Origin: Promethearchaeota archaeon
GTDB taxonomy: Archaea; Asgardarchaeota; Lokiarchaeia; Sigyniarchaeales; SOKP01
NCBI GenBank assembly: GCA_016840165.1
Contig: JAEOSU010000012.1
Coordinates: 1 to 53,524, forward strand
Length of the DNA: 53,524 nt
Direction of reading: 5' to 3'
The position numbers and the translations under genes are program-made. The notes under the pieces are model-generated. The model made no database searches. It saw only the letters and a program-made list of their open reading frames with translations, and had not been told where the DNA came from. Positions 1 through 9,910 of this stretch are shown one piece after another (the stretch's first letter is position 1; every line of letters starts with the position of its first letter).

Positions 1-1050
1 CTCCTCAGTCCCTACCGTCACTCTAATGAAATTGTATAATCCAGGTTTGCTAAAATGTCGAGTTAATATCTTAGATTCTTTTAAATCCCAGATAAATTTA
101 AGAGTTTTAGATTTATCGGCAAATTTGATGAAAATGAAATTTGCATCGGAAGGTAATACGCTGACTCCATCATATTTATTTAAAGCTTCCATTAACCTTT
201 TCTTTTGTGCTAGAATTTTTTCGTTTTGTTCAAAAACTTTTTTTCGATGCCTGATAGATGAAATGGCAGCGATTTGGGCTAAATAATTAGTATTATATGG
301 TATTTTAACCTTATTCATTTCTTTAATTATTTGCGCATCTGCTAATGCGAATCCTATCCTAAAAGCAGCTAGAGAAAACGATTTTGAGAAGGATCGTAAA
401 ACGATTAAATTCTTATTATTTTTTAATAAAGATACACATGTGATATTGGAAAAATCAGTATATTCCTCATCAACAACAACTATTCCCGAAAAATGTTGGC
501 AAATTTTTAAGATTTGATCGTTCTCATATGATTTACCATTAGGATCATTTGGAGAGTTAATAATCATTAATTTACCTTGAGCGCTATAAACCTCTTCAGG
601 TATAGAAAAATCTTCGGTTAATTTAATTTCGGTGATTTTAGCATTATATAGCATTGCCAAGGATTTGTAAATTGCATTTGTTGGATAAAATACAATTACT
701 TCATCACCGGGATCGATAAATACTTTAAAAATAACATCTAAAATCGCATCTGTATCGCTACCAACAAAAACTGTATTTCTATTGGTTAAAGTATCTTTAT
801 CTCTTAAAAGTTGGTTTAAAATTGCTTTACGAACTTCAAGTGCCATAGGATCCGGATAATTCTTTAACATATTAGGATTTCTAATCGCTTCAATTACATC
901 TTTCATAATTTCTGGGAGAGGAGGGTAAGGATTCTCGTTTGTATGTAATAGAAGCCAATTTTCTTCCAAAGGAATTTCATTTGTCTCATAAACAGTATAT
1001 CTTTTCAAATTTTCTCGCAATAAATTTTCAAGATCCATATTCTTTACCAT
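1..1050 (-). CDS. hisC: Histidinol-phosphate aminotransferase (PLP-dependent), 3' end runs off the window
   Basis: Manual translation of the minus strand from ATG at 1050 (alternative 1038): ...LLLHTNENPYPP...VVVDEEY...RSFSKSFSLAAFRIGFA...FIRVTVGTEE. Not in the ORF track because the stop lies outside the window. Confidence 0.9.
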   Translation of the reverse strand, partial: MVKNMDLENLLRENLKRYTVYETNEIPLEENWLLLHTNENPYPPLPEIMKDVIEAIRNPNMLKNYPDPMALEVRKAILNQLLRDKDTLTNRNTVFVGSDTDAILDVIFKVFIDPGDEVIVFYPTNAIYKSLAMLYNAKITEIKLTEDFSIPEEVYSAQGKLMIINSPNDPNGKSYENDQILKICQHFSGIVVVDEEYTDFSNITCVSLLKNNKNLIVLRSFSKSFSLAAFRIGFALADAQIIKEMNKVKIPYNTNYLAQIAAISSIRHRKKVFEQNEKILAQKKRLMEALNKYDGVSVLPSDANFIFIKFADKSKTLKFIWDLKESKILTRHFSKPGLYNFIRVTVGTEE

Positions 1051-1343
1051 ATATCATTCTTTAAATCTTTATATCTAATTTCTAATCTTGGAAGATTTGA
1101 TCTATTAAACTAATTATGTTATATTATATATTTTTTTGTTATAGTCTAAACTCGCTATTTCAATTGCGAATAATATATTAATTTGAGAAGGCTCTACTAA
1201 TATTGAAGATATTAAAATAATCATCTAATAAAATAACTACTTCATTAGATAATATGGGAAAAAACTCAATTTTTATATTAATAAAACCTATTAATTTTAT
1301 AACAAAATTATAGATTGATACATTTAAGTGTTGAGTTAAAGAC

Positions 1344-2222
1344 ATGGACTACGCATTAATGTTTGATGTATTAGAGGGTGGTGTCAGTCAACCCATTGCT
1401 TGGGATAAAAACAATCTTACTGATGATAGAAATATTATAATTCTAGATGAAGGATCTTCTTCTCTTTATTTATGGCATGGAGCAAAGCAAGGTTTGGTTG
1501 CTCGTAGGACAGCATTAAGACAGGCGGAATCATTAAAAGGTCATGGATACACAGTGGGTAAGAGTATTGTAGGTCGAGATATTAAAATGTTAAAGGAAAT
1601 TGATCAAAGGAAAATTGGAAGAGATCCAGAAACAGATAGCCTAAATGAGGACCTTCAAGAATTATTAAATAAACAACATACGGAATTAAATAATTTTATT
1701 ATTTCTTATGCGAGTAAAGATATCGAAGCGGCTCCAGTAAAACCCGTAGCTAAGCCAGAACCCAAACCGATAGAGAAAAAAATTGAGGAACCTACAGCGG
1801 TCATTCCATCGAAGCCAACGCAAACTGCTAAATCTGAAATACTTTCTGCTTCAGAATATGATAGAGAACCAAAAGAAATTCAAGTTGAAAAACCAAAAGT
1901 AATAGTAAAACCGGAACCAAAAGTGGAAGAAAAGCCGATTACGATGCCAAAACCTTCAAAACCTATAAGCGAACCGTTAGATTTAAATATTCAAGCTAAA
2001 GTTGGATTTGTATTGATGGGAATTTTAGATCATTATGATGATATTTGGATCTCAAAAAAGGAAAATGGGGCTTATGCGGTTGAGCATATGGATGGAAAAG
2101 TATGTGAGTTTACCATTTCAGAGGGTAAAATAAAATTTACAGCAGACTCATTCGCAGGAATCGCGACTAATATAAAAACAGAAATCCAAAAAAGATTTGT
2201 AGATCTTTCAAAGTTATTATAA
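1344..2222 (+). CDS. Protein with N-terminal gelsolin-like domain, Pro/Lys/Glu-rich linker and small C-terminal domain
   Basis: IIILDEGSSSLYLWHGAK...RRTALRQAESL resembles the gelsolin repeat pattern (xILDxG..IYxWxG...A...A). The central linker is low-complexity PKPEPK sequence. Confidence 0.6.
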   Translation: MDYALMFDVLEGGVSQPIAWDKNNLTDDRNIIILDEGSSSLYLWHGAKQGLVARRTALRQAESLKGHGYTVGKSIVGRDIKMLKEIDQRKIGRDPETDSLNEDLQELLNKQHTELNNFIISYASKDIEAAPVKPVAKPEPKPIEKKIEEPTAVIPSKPTQTAKSEILSASEYDREPKEIQVEKPKVIVKPEPKVEEKPITMPKPSKPISEPLDLNIQAKVGFVLMGILDHYDDIWISKKENGAYAVEHMDGKVCEFTISEGKIKFTADSFAGIATNIKTEIQKRFVDLSKLL

Positions 2223-2308
2223 TCTTTTTTTCTTATTTTTTAAAAATAATTTATTAATCTAGTTATTTTAATTATGTTCAACAAAGAAAATACATATAAT
2301 TTTTCTCT

Positions 2309-4066
2309 ATGAAATTTCAAAAATTGGCACAACTTTTTTATGACTTAGAGTCAACCTCAAAGAGACTTGAGATGATCGATATACTTGCGAAATTTTTTAA
2401 GAGACTCAAGAAAAGTAATGAGCTTAAAGATTTAAAGAAAATCATGTATCTGCTACAAGGACAATTGGTTTCCAACATAAAACAAGCTCCTAAGATCGGT
2501 ATTGCAGAAAAGATGATTATTGAAGCTTTATCTCTTCATTCTGGAATTGATAAAAAAACTATCAAACAAATTCTTATTAAAAAGGGAGATATTGGCGCAG
2601 CAGCAGAATTGATCTTATCAAAAAGGAAGAAACAGAAATCTCTATATGATTTTAAACAAGTAAGTGATGTATCAGGGTCAACTTTAGAGATTTCAGATCT
2701 CTATAAAAGTCTTCAAAAAATAGCTGAAACGGAAGGTCAAGGCTCACATGAGACAAAATTGGCTACTCTAAGAGGTTTAATGAGTAAAAGTTCTCCTTTA
2801 GAAACAAAATATATATTACGTATTATTACATCAACTCTTAGAGTTGGCGTGTCAACTCTTACGATAATTGATGGTTTAGCCTTAGGATTCACTGACGATA
2901 AACAAAATCGAGATTTTATAGAAAGAGCATATAATCTTCATCCTGATTTGGGCGATATAACCCAGATGTTGGCTGAAAAAGGTATTGAAGCGATTAAAAA
3001 AGTAAATATCGAATATGGAACCCCGGTTAGGAGTATGTTGGCATCAAGGGTTCCTTATGGAGAGATTGCTACAAAGTTAGGGACTCCATTCGCAGCAGAG
3101 TATAAACTTGATGGGGAAAGGTTACAAATACACAAACAAGGTGATTATATCCAAATGTTTTCAAGAAGATTACTTGAAATTTCAGACCAATACCCTGATG
3201 TGTGTCAAGCTGTCATTGAGAATGTAGAAGCCGAAAACGTTATTATTGAAGGGGAAGTTGTTGCGATGGATACTTTTTATGAAAAAATGTTACCTTTTCA
3301 AGTACTCAGTAAAAGGAGGAGAAAATATGATGTGGAAGAGGTTGCAAAAGAAATCCCCGTATGTTTATTCTTGTTTGACTTATTAAAACTTGAAAATGAG
3401 TCATTTATTAATAAACCTCTTCCAGAGCGGCGAAACGTGCTTGAAAGTATTGTAAAACAAAGAGATGAGATAAAGTTAACTAAATCTGTATTGATAAAAT
3501 CTACGGATGAATTATTAGATTTCTTTAATGAAGCAAGAAGTGCCAGTGCTGAAGGTATAATGGCTAAATCAATTAAAGAAGAATCAATATATCAAGCAGG
3601 AAATCGTGGATTCATCTGGATTAAGCTTAAAGGACTAGAAGGGGGAAAATTAAAAGATTCAGTAGATGTAGTATTAATTGGAGCTAATTTCGGTCGAGGG
3701 CGAAGAAAGGGATTGTATGGAACCTATATCGGCGCAGTATATGATCCAGAGAATGACAAGTTCGAAGCTTTTACACGAATCGCCTCTGGATGGACCGATG
3801 AAATTATGGAAACCCTAATGAATGAAATGGAACCATATAAAATTTCCCGAAAAGTTCCTGACGTTATTTGTGATGATATTCCAGATCAATGGCTAGAACC
3901 CGAAATTGTGATAGAAATTATAGGAGATGAAATAACGGTAAGCGATAAATTCTCGTCACTCGGATATTCAATGAGATTTCCCGTCTTTCAAAGACTTCGT
4001 CCTGATAAAGGGCCAAAAGATGTTACAACTGTAAAAGAAATAATTGAATTATATAAAACTCAATAA
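2309..4066 (+). CDS. lig: ATP-dependent DNA ligase
   Basis: Motif I EYKLDGER, plus EGEVV, FDLL, EGIMAK, WIKLK and RFPVF motifs; 585 aa. Confidence 0.97.
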   Translation: MKFQKLAQLFYDLESTSKRLEMIDILAKFFKRLKKSNELKDLKKIMYLLQGQLVSNIKQAPKIGIAEKMIIEALSLHSGIDKKTIKQILIKKGDIGAAAELILSKRKKQKSLYDFKQVSDVSGSTLEISDLYKSLQKIAETEGQGSHETKLATLRGLMSKSSPLETKYILRIITSTLRVGVSTLTIIDGLALGFTDDKQNRDFIERAYNLHPDLGDITQMLAEKGIEAIKKVNIEYGTPVRSMLASRVPYGEIATKLGTPFAAEYKLDGERLQIHKQGDYIQMFSRRLLEISDQYPDVCQAVIENVEAENVIIEGEVVAMDTFYEKMLPFQVLSKRRRKYDVEEVAKEIPVCLFLFDLLKLENESFINKPLPERRNVLESIVKQRDEIKLTKSVLIKSTDELLDFFNEARSASAEGIMAKSIKEESIYQAGNRGFIWIKLKGLEGGKLKDSVDVVLIGANFGRGRRKGLYGTYIGAVYDPENDKFEAFTRIASGWTDEIMETLMNEMEPYKISRKVPDVICDDIPDQWLEPEIVIEIIGDEITVSDKFSSLGYSMRFPVFQRLRPDKGPKDVTTVKEIIELYKTQ

Positions 4067-4067
4067 T

Positions 4068-5450
4068 CTAAGATATAATTTTAAGACCATTCATTTCTAA
4101 TTTATGTATATCTGAAGAGATGCTCTCTATTTGATTATCCACTATATATAACTCTTCTAATAAAGATAATGACCCGATTGTATCGGGAAGAGTTTTTAAC
4201 TCATTTCGAGATAAATTTAATACTCTTAAAGATACCAATTTTCCGATCATTTCAGGCAACTCTATTAGTTTATTTTCACTCAAATTTAAGATTTCTAAAG
4301 AACTAAGGCACCCTATCGACGAGGAAACCATTTTTAGCTCATTTCGCCCTAAATCTAAAACTTTAAGTGATGATAAGTTATAAATAGACTCAGGAAGCGT
4401 TTCTAATAAATTCCAACTCAGGTTTAATAACTCCAATGATCTTAGATTAGATATTGATTCTGGGAGAAATTGTAATCTATTATCGTGAAGATCAATTTCT
4501 TTAAGTTCAAGTAAATTTCCCAGAGAATTTGGCAAATAATATAATTGATTTAATCGTAAATTTAACTTTTCCAATTTTTTTAAACTTCCAATAGTTTCAG
4601 GAAGCACCTCAAGCTCATTTTTCCAAAGTGATAGTTCCTTTAAATGATTAAGCATAGAGATTGAATTCGGTAATTTATTAATATTATTAATGTTTAAGTT
4701 TAGATATTCCAACGATGTAAGTTCACCAATCCATTCTGGTAAATCTAATATTTGGTTATATTTTAGCGTTAATTTTTTCAATGATTTAAGAAATTTCAGA
4801 GCATTGGGTATTTTACTTAAAACTTTAAAACTAAAATCCAATTCAACTATAGTAGCATCTTTAAGCTTATATTTTATACGCCAAAAGGCTTTTTTCAAAA
4901 ACAATAATGTAAAATAATTATCTAAGATTTTGATGAGATTCGGTTTTATAAAAAATCTGTCATTCTTGTGATTCAAATTGTGTTGAACTGTTATTTTAAA
5001 ATCCTTATCCTCAATTGCCATTACTTCGTTTTTTAAAATAATGTAAGATTCCTCGTTTTTGCTGTTCCCAAGCTCTTGAATAATCTCCATAAGTGATTGA
5101 TGAATAGTTTCTAAACATTTTGGAGATTCATCATGGAGAAGAGCCCATTTCATAGGAAGTAATGCCCTTTTTTTAAATAGTTTATTTAGGATGATTGCTG
5201 CTTCATTTCTGATTAGTTCATTGGAATCTGAGATAAGAAGATTCTCTAATAAATGAAACAAAGAATTAAATGATTTTTCTAAAATCACATTAGAATTTAA
5301 TTCTATTTGCCCTATAGTTCGAATACTTAGAATACGAATTCGTATATTTCTGCTATTTTCAATCAAACTCGATAATTGTTCGATTAAAGAGTCCTTGTCA
5401 ATAATTTTATTAATATAATCTTTATACAAATCCTTTGGGCTTATTTCCAT
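4068..5450 (-). CDS. Leucine-rich repeat protein with N-terminal HEAT-like helices
   Basis: About 10 repeats of 23 aa, LxxLxLxxNxLxxLPxxIGxL. Confidence 0.92.
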   Translation of the reverse strand: MEISPKDLYKDYINKIIDKDSLIEQLSSLIENSRNIRIRILSIRTIGQIELNSNVILEKSFNSLFHLLENLLISDSNELIRNEAAIILNKLFKKRALLPMKWALLHDESPKCLETIHQSLMEIIQELGNSKNEESYIILKNEVMAIEDKDFKITVQHNLNHKNDRFFIKPNLIKILDNYFTLLFLKKAFWRIKYKLKDATIVELDFSFKVLSKIPNALKFLKSLKKLTLKYNQILDLPEWIGELTSLEYLNLNINNINKLPNSISMLNHLKELSLWKNELEVLPETIGSLKKLEKLNLRLNQLYYLPNSLGNLLELKEIDLHDNRLQFLPESISNLRSLELLNLSWNLLETLPESIYNLSSLKVLDLGRNELKMVSSSIGCLSSLEILNLSENKLIELPEMIGKLVSLRVLNLSRNELKTLPDTIGSLSLLEELYIVDNQIESISSDIHKLEMNGLKIIS

Positions 5451-5492
5451 AGTATGAAAAAAATTTATTTTGAAGAGTTGCGTTGATTTTTT

Positions 5493-6992
5493 CTATTTAT
5501 AAATAATTAATCCTTCTTTTTCTAATTGTCTTAAAAAGGGTGGAACTATTTTTATCTTATTAAAATTTAAATCTAATTTTTTAAGCGAATTTAATTTAAT
5601 TAATGTTTTTGGGAGCTCCATTAGGTTATTACCCCATAATATTAATACATTTAGTGATTCAAGGTCTCCTATCAAATCTGGTAGTTCAGTAAATTTATTC
5701 CAGCTTAAATTTAACTCTTTTAAATTTGACAATAAAGAAAATGATTTGGGGAGAGAACAAAGCTGATTATTCCATAATGATAATCGAACCAAGCTATTTA
5801 ATTTGCCAATTGAGTCTGGAAGGCTTAAGAGTTCATTATCATATAAATGTAATTCCTCGAGATGTTCAAAATTGCATATCCAATCGGGGAGATATTTAAT
5901 CTTATTCCCACCTAATCCAAGCTTTCTCAAATTCTTTATTCCTTTAACCCAATCAGGTACTTCTACTAAATCATTCAATCCTAGTTCTAAAGAATGTAGA
6001 AATCTGAATGAGGATGATTTTAGTGAAGCATATTTCAACCTATTTCCATGTAAGTCTAATTCTTCAAGATTCCTTAAATCATTTATAGAATTGGGAAGTT
6101 TTATTAATTGATTAGCCCTTAAATCAAGTTTTTTAAGATTTTGAAGATTATTTATTGAATTTGGTAAAGATTTTAATTTATTATAACGTAAGATTAAAGT
6201 TTTAAGAGATTTTATCATCCCAAACGATTCAGGAAGATTTTTAATTTTGTTATAGCTTAAATCAATAGTTTCTAAATTAGCCATCTTTCCAATTATTTTA
6301 GGTAGATATGTCAAACGATTAAATTTAAGGTTTAATATGGTTAACTTTTTCAATTCAGTGATAAAATTTGGAAATTTTTTTATTGCATTCCAACCAAAAA
6401 CATGAGAACTAATATCGGAGAGATCTAATTCATATATCCTACAATCTCTCACTTTATAATCTATTTGTCCATAATTCTCTTCCAAATTGGTGATAATCAA
6501 ATAATCGATGATAATTTCTGCTATTTGATTATCCTGATAATTAGAAATTTTATTGTTTTTTAGAATTAATTCAATATCATCCTTGTAAGTTTGGTTATTA
6601 ATAGACATCAAGGCCGATATCAAAAATTCTCTCGAAAGGGGGTTATCTATTTTGCTTAAGGTTTTCAATATGACCAATAAGCATCGAAGGGCTTTTTCAT
6701 GGTAAAATGCCCATTTCATTGGCTCCAATGCATATTCTATGAAATTTTCCTGAATATTTTTTAAAGCAGTGAATCTAACATATTCATTGGAATCAGATAT
6801 AGCTAAATTTTCAATAAGTTTAAATAATCTTTGACTTTTTACATTTAAATGGGATAGAATGCGAATGGATTTAATTCGCCAAGAAACTTCAGCACTTATT
6901 TCGATTATAGAGATTAATTGGTCAATAAGGGTAGATCTATCAATCTTCTTATTAATGAAGCTTTTATAGATTTCTTCGGGGTTGAATTCCAT
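5493..6992 (-). CDS. Leucine-rich repeat protein with N-terminal HEAT-like helices (paralog of neighbour)
   Basis: About 12 LRRs of 23 aa. The N-terminus (MEFNPEEIYK...ENLAISDSNEYVR) aligns with 4068..5450. Confidence 0.92.
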   Translation of the reverse strand: MEFNPEEIYKSFINKKIDRSTLIDQLISIIEISAEVSWRIKSIRILSHLNVKSQRLFKLIENLAISDSNEYVRFTALKNIQENFIEYALEPMKWAFYHEKALRCLLVILKTLSKIDNPLSREFLISALMSINNQTYKDDIELILKNNKISNYQDNQIAEIIIDYLIITNLEENYGQIDYKVRDCRIYELDLSDISSHVFGWNAIKKFPNFITELKKLTILNLKFNRLTYLPKIIGKMANLETIDLSYNKIKNLPESFGMIKSLKTLILRYNKLKSLPNSINNLQNLKKLDLRANQLIKLPNSINDLRNLEELDLHGNRLKYASLKSSSFRFLHSLELGLNDLVEVPDWVKGIKNLRKLGLGGNKIKYLPDWICNFEHLEELHLYDNELLSLPDSIGKLNSLVRLSLWNNQLCSLPKSFSLLSNLKELNLSWNKFTELPDLIGDLESLNVLILWGNNLMELPKTLIKLNSLKKLDLNFNKIKIVPPFLRQLEKEGLIIYK

Positions 6993-7031
6993 CTTAATTA
7001 ATTACAACCTCTTATATATTAAAATATTCAA

Positions 7032-8570
7032 TTAAATTCTCTCTATCATCATCCCACCTAGAATTATTGGACCACCAGTTGAGTTATATATTTTCTCAGC
7101 TTTATTTAATCGGCTTTCGCTATCAGAATAAATCCGGAATATTAGATCCCCTTGCTTTATCCTCGCTCCTTGTTTTTTAAAGATTTCAACCCCTGAGCTC
7201 TTAGAGTGAGGACATCCTGCTGCTTTAGCAATCTGATTTATAATAGCATTATTTACACCAGTGATATGCCCCTCTTTTATTGTATAAAATTCTTTTACAT
7301 AAGGTCCAAGCTTAATATCTTCGGGTTTAATTTCCGGATCTCCTCCTTGGGCTTTGATAATTTCTTTCATTTTTTCATAGGCTTTTCCTGATTTTAAGAT
7401 TTCTTTAGCTAATTTTTGCCCCTCTCCTTTTTGTGCTTTTCCTCCCATTTCAAGAAGGATACCTGCTAATTCTGTGGATTTTTCAATTAGTGAATTAGGT
7501 CCTCCTGAATAGTTCATCAACAACTTCAAAGCTTCTTTAGCCTCTAATGCGGGGCCAACTGAATGCCCTATTGGCTGATGAGCAAGAGTTAAGGCGCATT
7601 CAGCTTCTATCCCCACATTTTTAGCAATTTCTTTAAAAATATATGCAAACTGCTTTCCATCATCAGGAGTTGGGAATTTCGTTCCCTCTCCTACGGGAAT
7701 ATCCAATACTAATTTTTTCACTCCTAAAGAAAGTTTCTTGGTTAATATAGAAGGGATCATCAATCCAATAGGATCCATATGTAATGGTCTCTCAATTTCA
7801 ATTAAAATGTTATCGGCAGGGGAAGTATTAAGAGCTCCGCCCCAAATTATACAAGCTTTCTGTTTTGATACAATCTCATTTAATTTATCAGATGTAAAGG
7901 ATACTGGTGCTAATACCTCCATTGAATCTGCCGTTCCTGAAGGAGATGTGATTGCACGAGTTGAGGATTTTGGTATAATTAACTCTGCAGCAGCTACAAT
8001 TGGTACTATGATAAGTGATACTTTATTGCCTGGAACGCCCCCCGTACTATGTTTATCGAATACATCCATACCAAAATAAAACACGTCTCCACTTCTTACT
8101 TCTGCTAAAGTAAGTGCTGTCATCTCTTCATTATCCATTCCATTTATCGCAACTCCCGTGATAAATGCAGCTAATTCTATTTTTGATAGGGAACCAGATA
8201 CTGCATCTGAAACGATACTGTTTATCTCTTCACTTGAAAGTTTTTTTCCTTCTATTTTTTTTTTAATAAATCTAAAAGAATCGGGAGGATCGGCTGGTTT
8301 TACTGATATTACAGTACCTTCGACCAATTCTTTTTTCTCTTTAAAAATGTCGATAAAAATACCAATCTCCCCTGGTTTTACAATCGAATTTGAATAATCA
8401 ATTTGAATTATTGCCACCCAGTATTTACTTTCAAGGGATTTAGCTTTAGTATTTTTTATATACACACGCTCTCCTGCTTTCTGACCGAGTTGGAGGGCAT
8501 CTTTTTTATTGATTACAATATCTTTAGTGTTCCCTGTTTCATAATTGATTTTTTTAACTGTAAGCTTCAT
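7032..8570 (-). CDS. AMP phosphorylase (thymidine phosphorylase family, archaeal type)
   Basis: DKHSTGGVPGNK and KSSTRAITSPSGTAD motifs plus the N-terminal extension; 512 aa. Confidence 0.92.
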   Translation of the reverse strand: MKLTVKKINYETGNTKDIVINKKDALQLGQKAGERVYIKNTKAKSLESKYWVAIIQIDYSNSIVKPGEIGIFIDIFKEKKELVEGTVISVKPADPPDSFRFIKKKIEGKKLSSEEINSIVSDAVSGSLSKIELAAFITGVAINGMDNEEMTALTLAEVRSGDVFYFGMDVFDKHSTGGVPGNKVSLIIVPIVAAAELIIPKSSTRAITSPSGTADSMEVLAPVSFTSDKLNEIVSKQKACIIWGGALNTSPADNILIEIERPLHMDPIGLMIPSILTKKLSLGVKKLVLDIPVGEGTKFPTPDDGKQFAYIFKEIAKNVGIEAECALTLAHQPIGHSVGPALEAKEALKLLMNYSGGPNSLIEKSTELAGILLEMGGKAQKGEGQKLAKEILKSGKAYEKMKEIIKAQGGDPEIKPEDIKLGPYVKEFYTIKEGHITGVNNAIINQIAKAAGCPHSKSSGVEIFKKQGARIKQGDLIFRIYSDSESRLNKAEKIYNSTGGPIILGGMMIERI

Positions 8571-8765
8571 CTTAACATAATTATTAATTTAATTTATTAC
8601 ATGAAAATAAGGTAAGCTAACATATATAAACCATTATTATAAGAATTTATTATTTTTGATGTTAGAGTTGAAGTAGAGTGAAATTTCATATTGTTTTATT
8701 TAGAAAGCTTCATTTGTTTTCTTATAATAATTGCGGATTCAATCGAAAAGTTAGAATGATTAAGA

Positions 8766-9905
8766 ATGAATAAATTCGAAAGAGCACGACAAGTTTTAGA
8801 CCAAATAAATGCTGATGGTTGGTTAATCATATGTGTTGAAGATAGCGATGTAAATTCACGATTTATGCTAGGAGTTGCATCTCATGCCCGAAATTATGTT
8901 TATGTATCACGAGATGGAAAGCATAAGATACTAGCCGTTGAAATGGAAGCTCCTATGATTCAAAAATCTCTTGAAGCTAAAGAAATCGATGCAAAAGTAT
9001 TGGTATATAAATCGGCTGATGATTTAAAGACTAAACTTAAAGAAGTTATAGATCAACCAAGAGTAGCACTAAACTTTGGAGAAAAAGTACTCGATTCTGA
9101 AGGAAGTGGATACGCTGATTATTTACGTGTAGGAGATTATTTCTCTGTAAAAGATTTATCCCCAAAAACAGAGTTTATATCTTCAGCACCGATTATTTAC
9201 GAACTAAGAAGTGTTAAATCTGCGAGTGAACAGAGTGATTTGATAAATACGTGCCAATCGACTCTTGAAATTTTAGAGTCAGTACCCGAATGGGTCAAAT
9301 TGGGGATGACTGAAAGAGATATAAGAGCTAAGATAGAATATGAGTATATGAAAGTTGGAAAGCCAGCATTTGAAACTATAGTAGCCACTGGCCCTCATTC
9401 AGCGGATCCTCACCATAATACAAGCATGAAAAAAATAAAACCTGGTGTATTATTGATTGACACAGGATTACAAATTGATGAGATGTGTTCTGATATTACT
9501 TGGACATTTTGGGTAGGTAAAAATCCTTCAGAAAAATTTATAAAAGCATATAAGGCACTTTACAAGGCAAAAGAAGTTGCAAATGAATATTACACCGATG
9601 GGACAAAAAACAATATACCTGCGAAAAAGTGTAGAGAATGTTTAGCAGAACTTGGATATGATCATGAAAAATTGTATTTTCATGGTTTGGGGCATTCACT
9701 TGGGTTTGAAGCGCATGATATTGGAATGAGAATAAGCCATTCAGTTCCCGATAATTTTACCCTTAAAGAAAATATGGTATATACAAATGAACCAGGTTTG
9801 TATTGGCAGGGAGAATGGGGAGTAAGATTAGAGGATGATGTAATTATTGGAAAAAATAAATGCGAACAAGTTACCAACGTCCCGTTTGATCCATTAACAA
9901 TTTAA
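8766..9905 (+). CDS. Xaa-Pro aminopeptidase/prolidase (M24 family)
   Basis: DPHH, DTG...SDITWT, HGLGHSLG..HD, EPGLY and GVRLEDD metal-binding motifs. Confidence 0.93.
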   Translation: MNKFERARQVLDQINADGWLIICVEDSDVNSRFMLGVASHARNYVYVSRDGKHKILAVEMEAPMIQKSLEAKEIDAKVLVYKSADDLKTKLKEVIDQPRVALNFGEKVLDSEGSGYADYLRVGDYFSVKDLSPKTEFISSAPIIYELRSVKSASEQSDLINTCQSTLEILESVPEWVKLGMTERDIRAKIEYEYMKVGKPAFETIVATGPHSADPHHNTSMKKIKPGVLLIDTGLQIDEMCSDITWTFWVGKNPSEKFIKAYKALYKAKEVANEYYTDGTKNNIPAKKCRECLAELGYDHEKLYFHGLGHSLGFEAHDIGMRISHSVPDNFTLKENMVYTNEPGLYWQGEWGVRLEDDVIIGKNKCEQVTNVPFDPLTI

Positions 9906-9910
9906 ATAGA

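Noticed and set aside
26-286. Short ORFs from the track overlapping longer genes (e.g. 26..286, 4690..4917, 5803..6111, 7738..8079, 13967..14266, 36749..37084, 45642..45965)
   Set aside because: They are antisense or off-frame shadows of well-supported genes and have no recognisable motifs.
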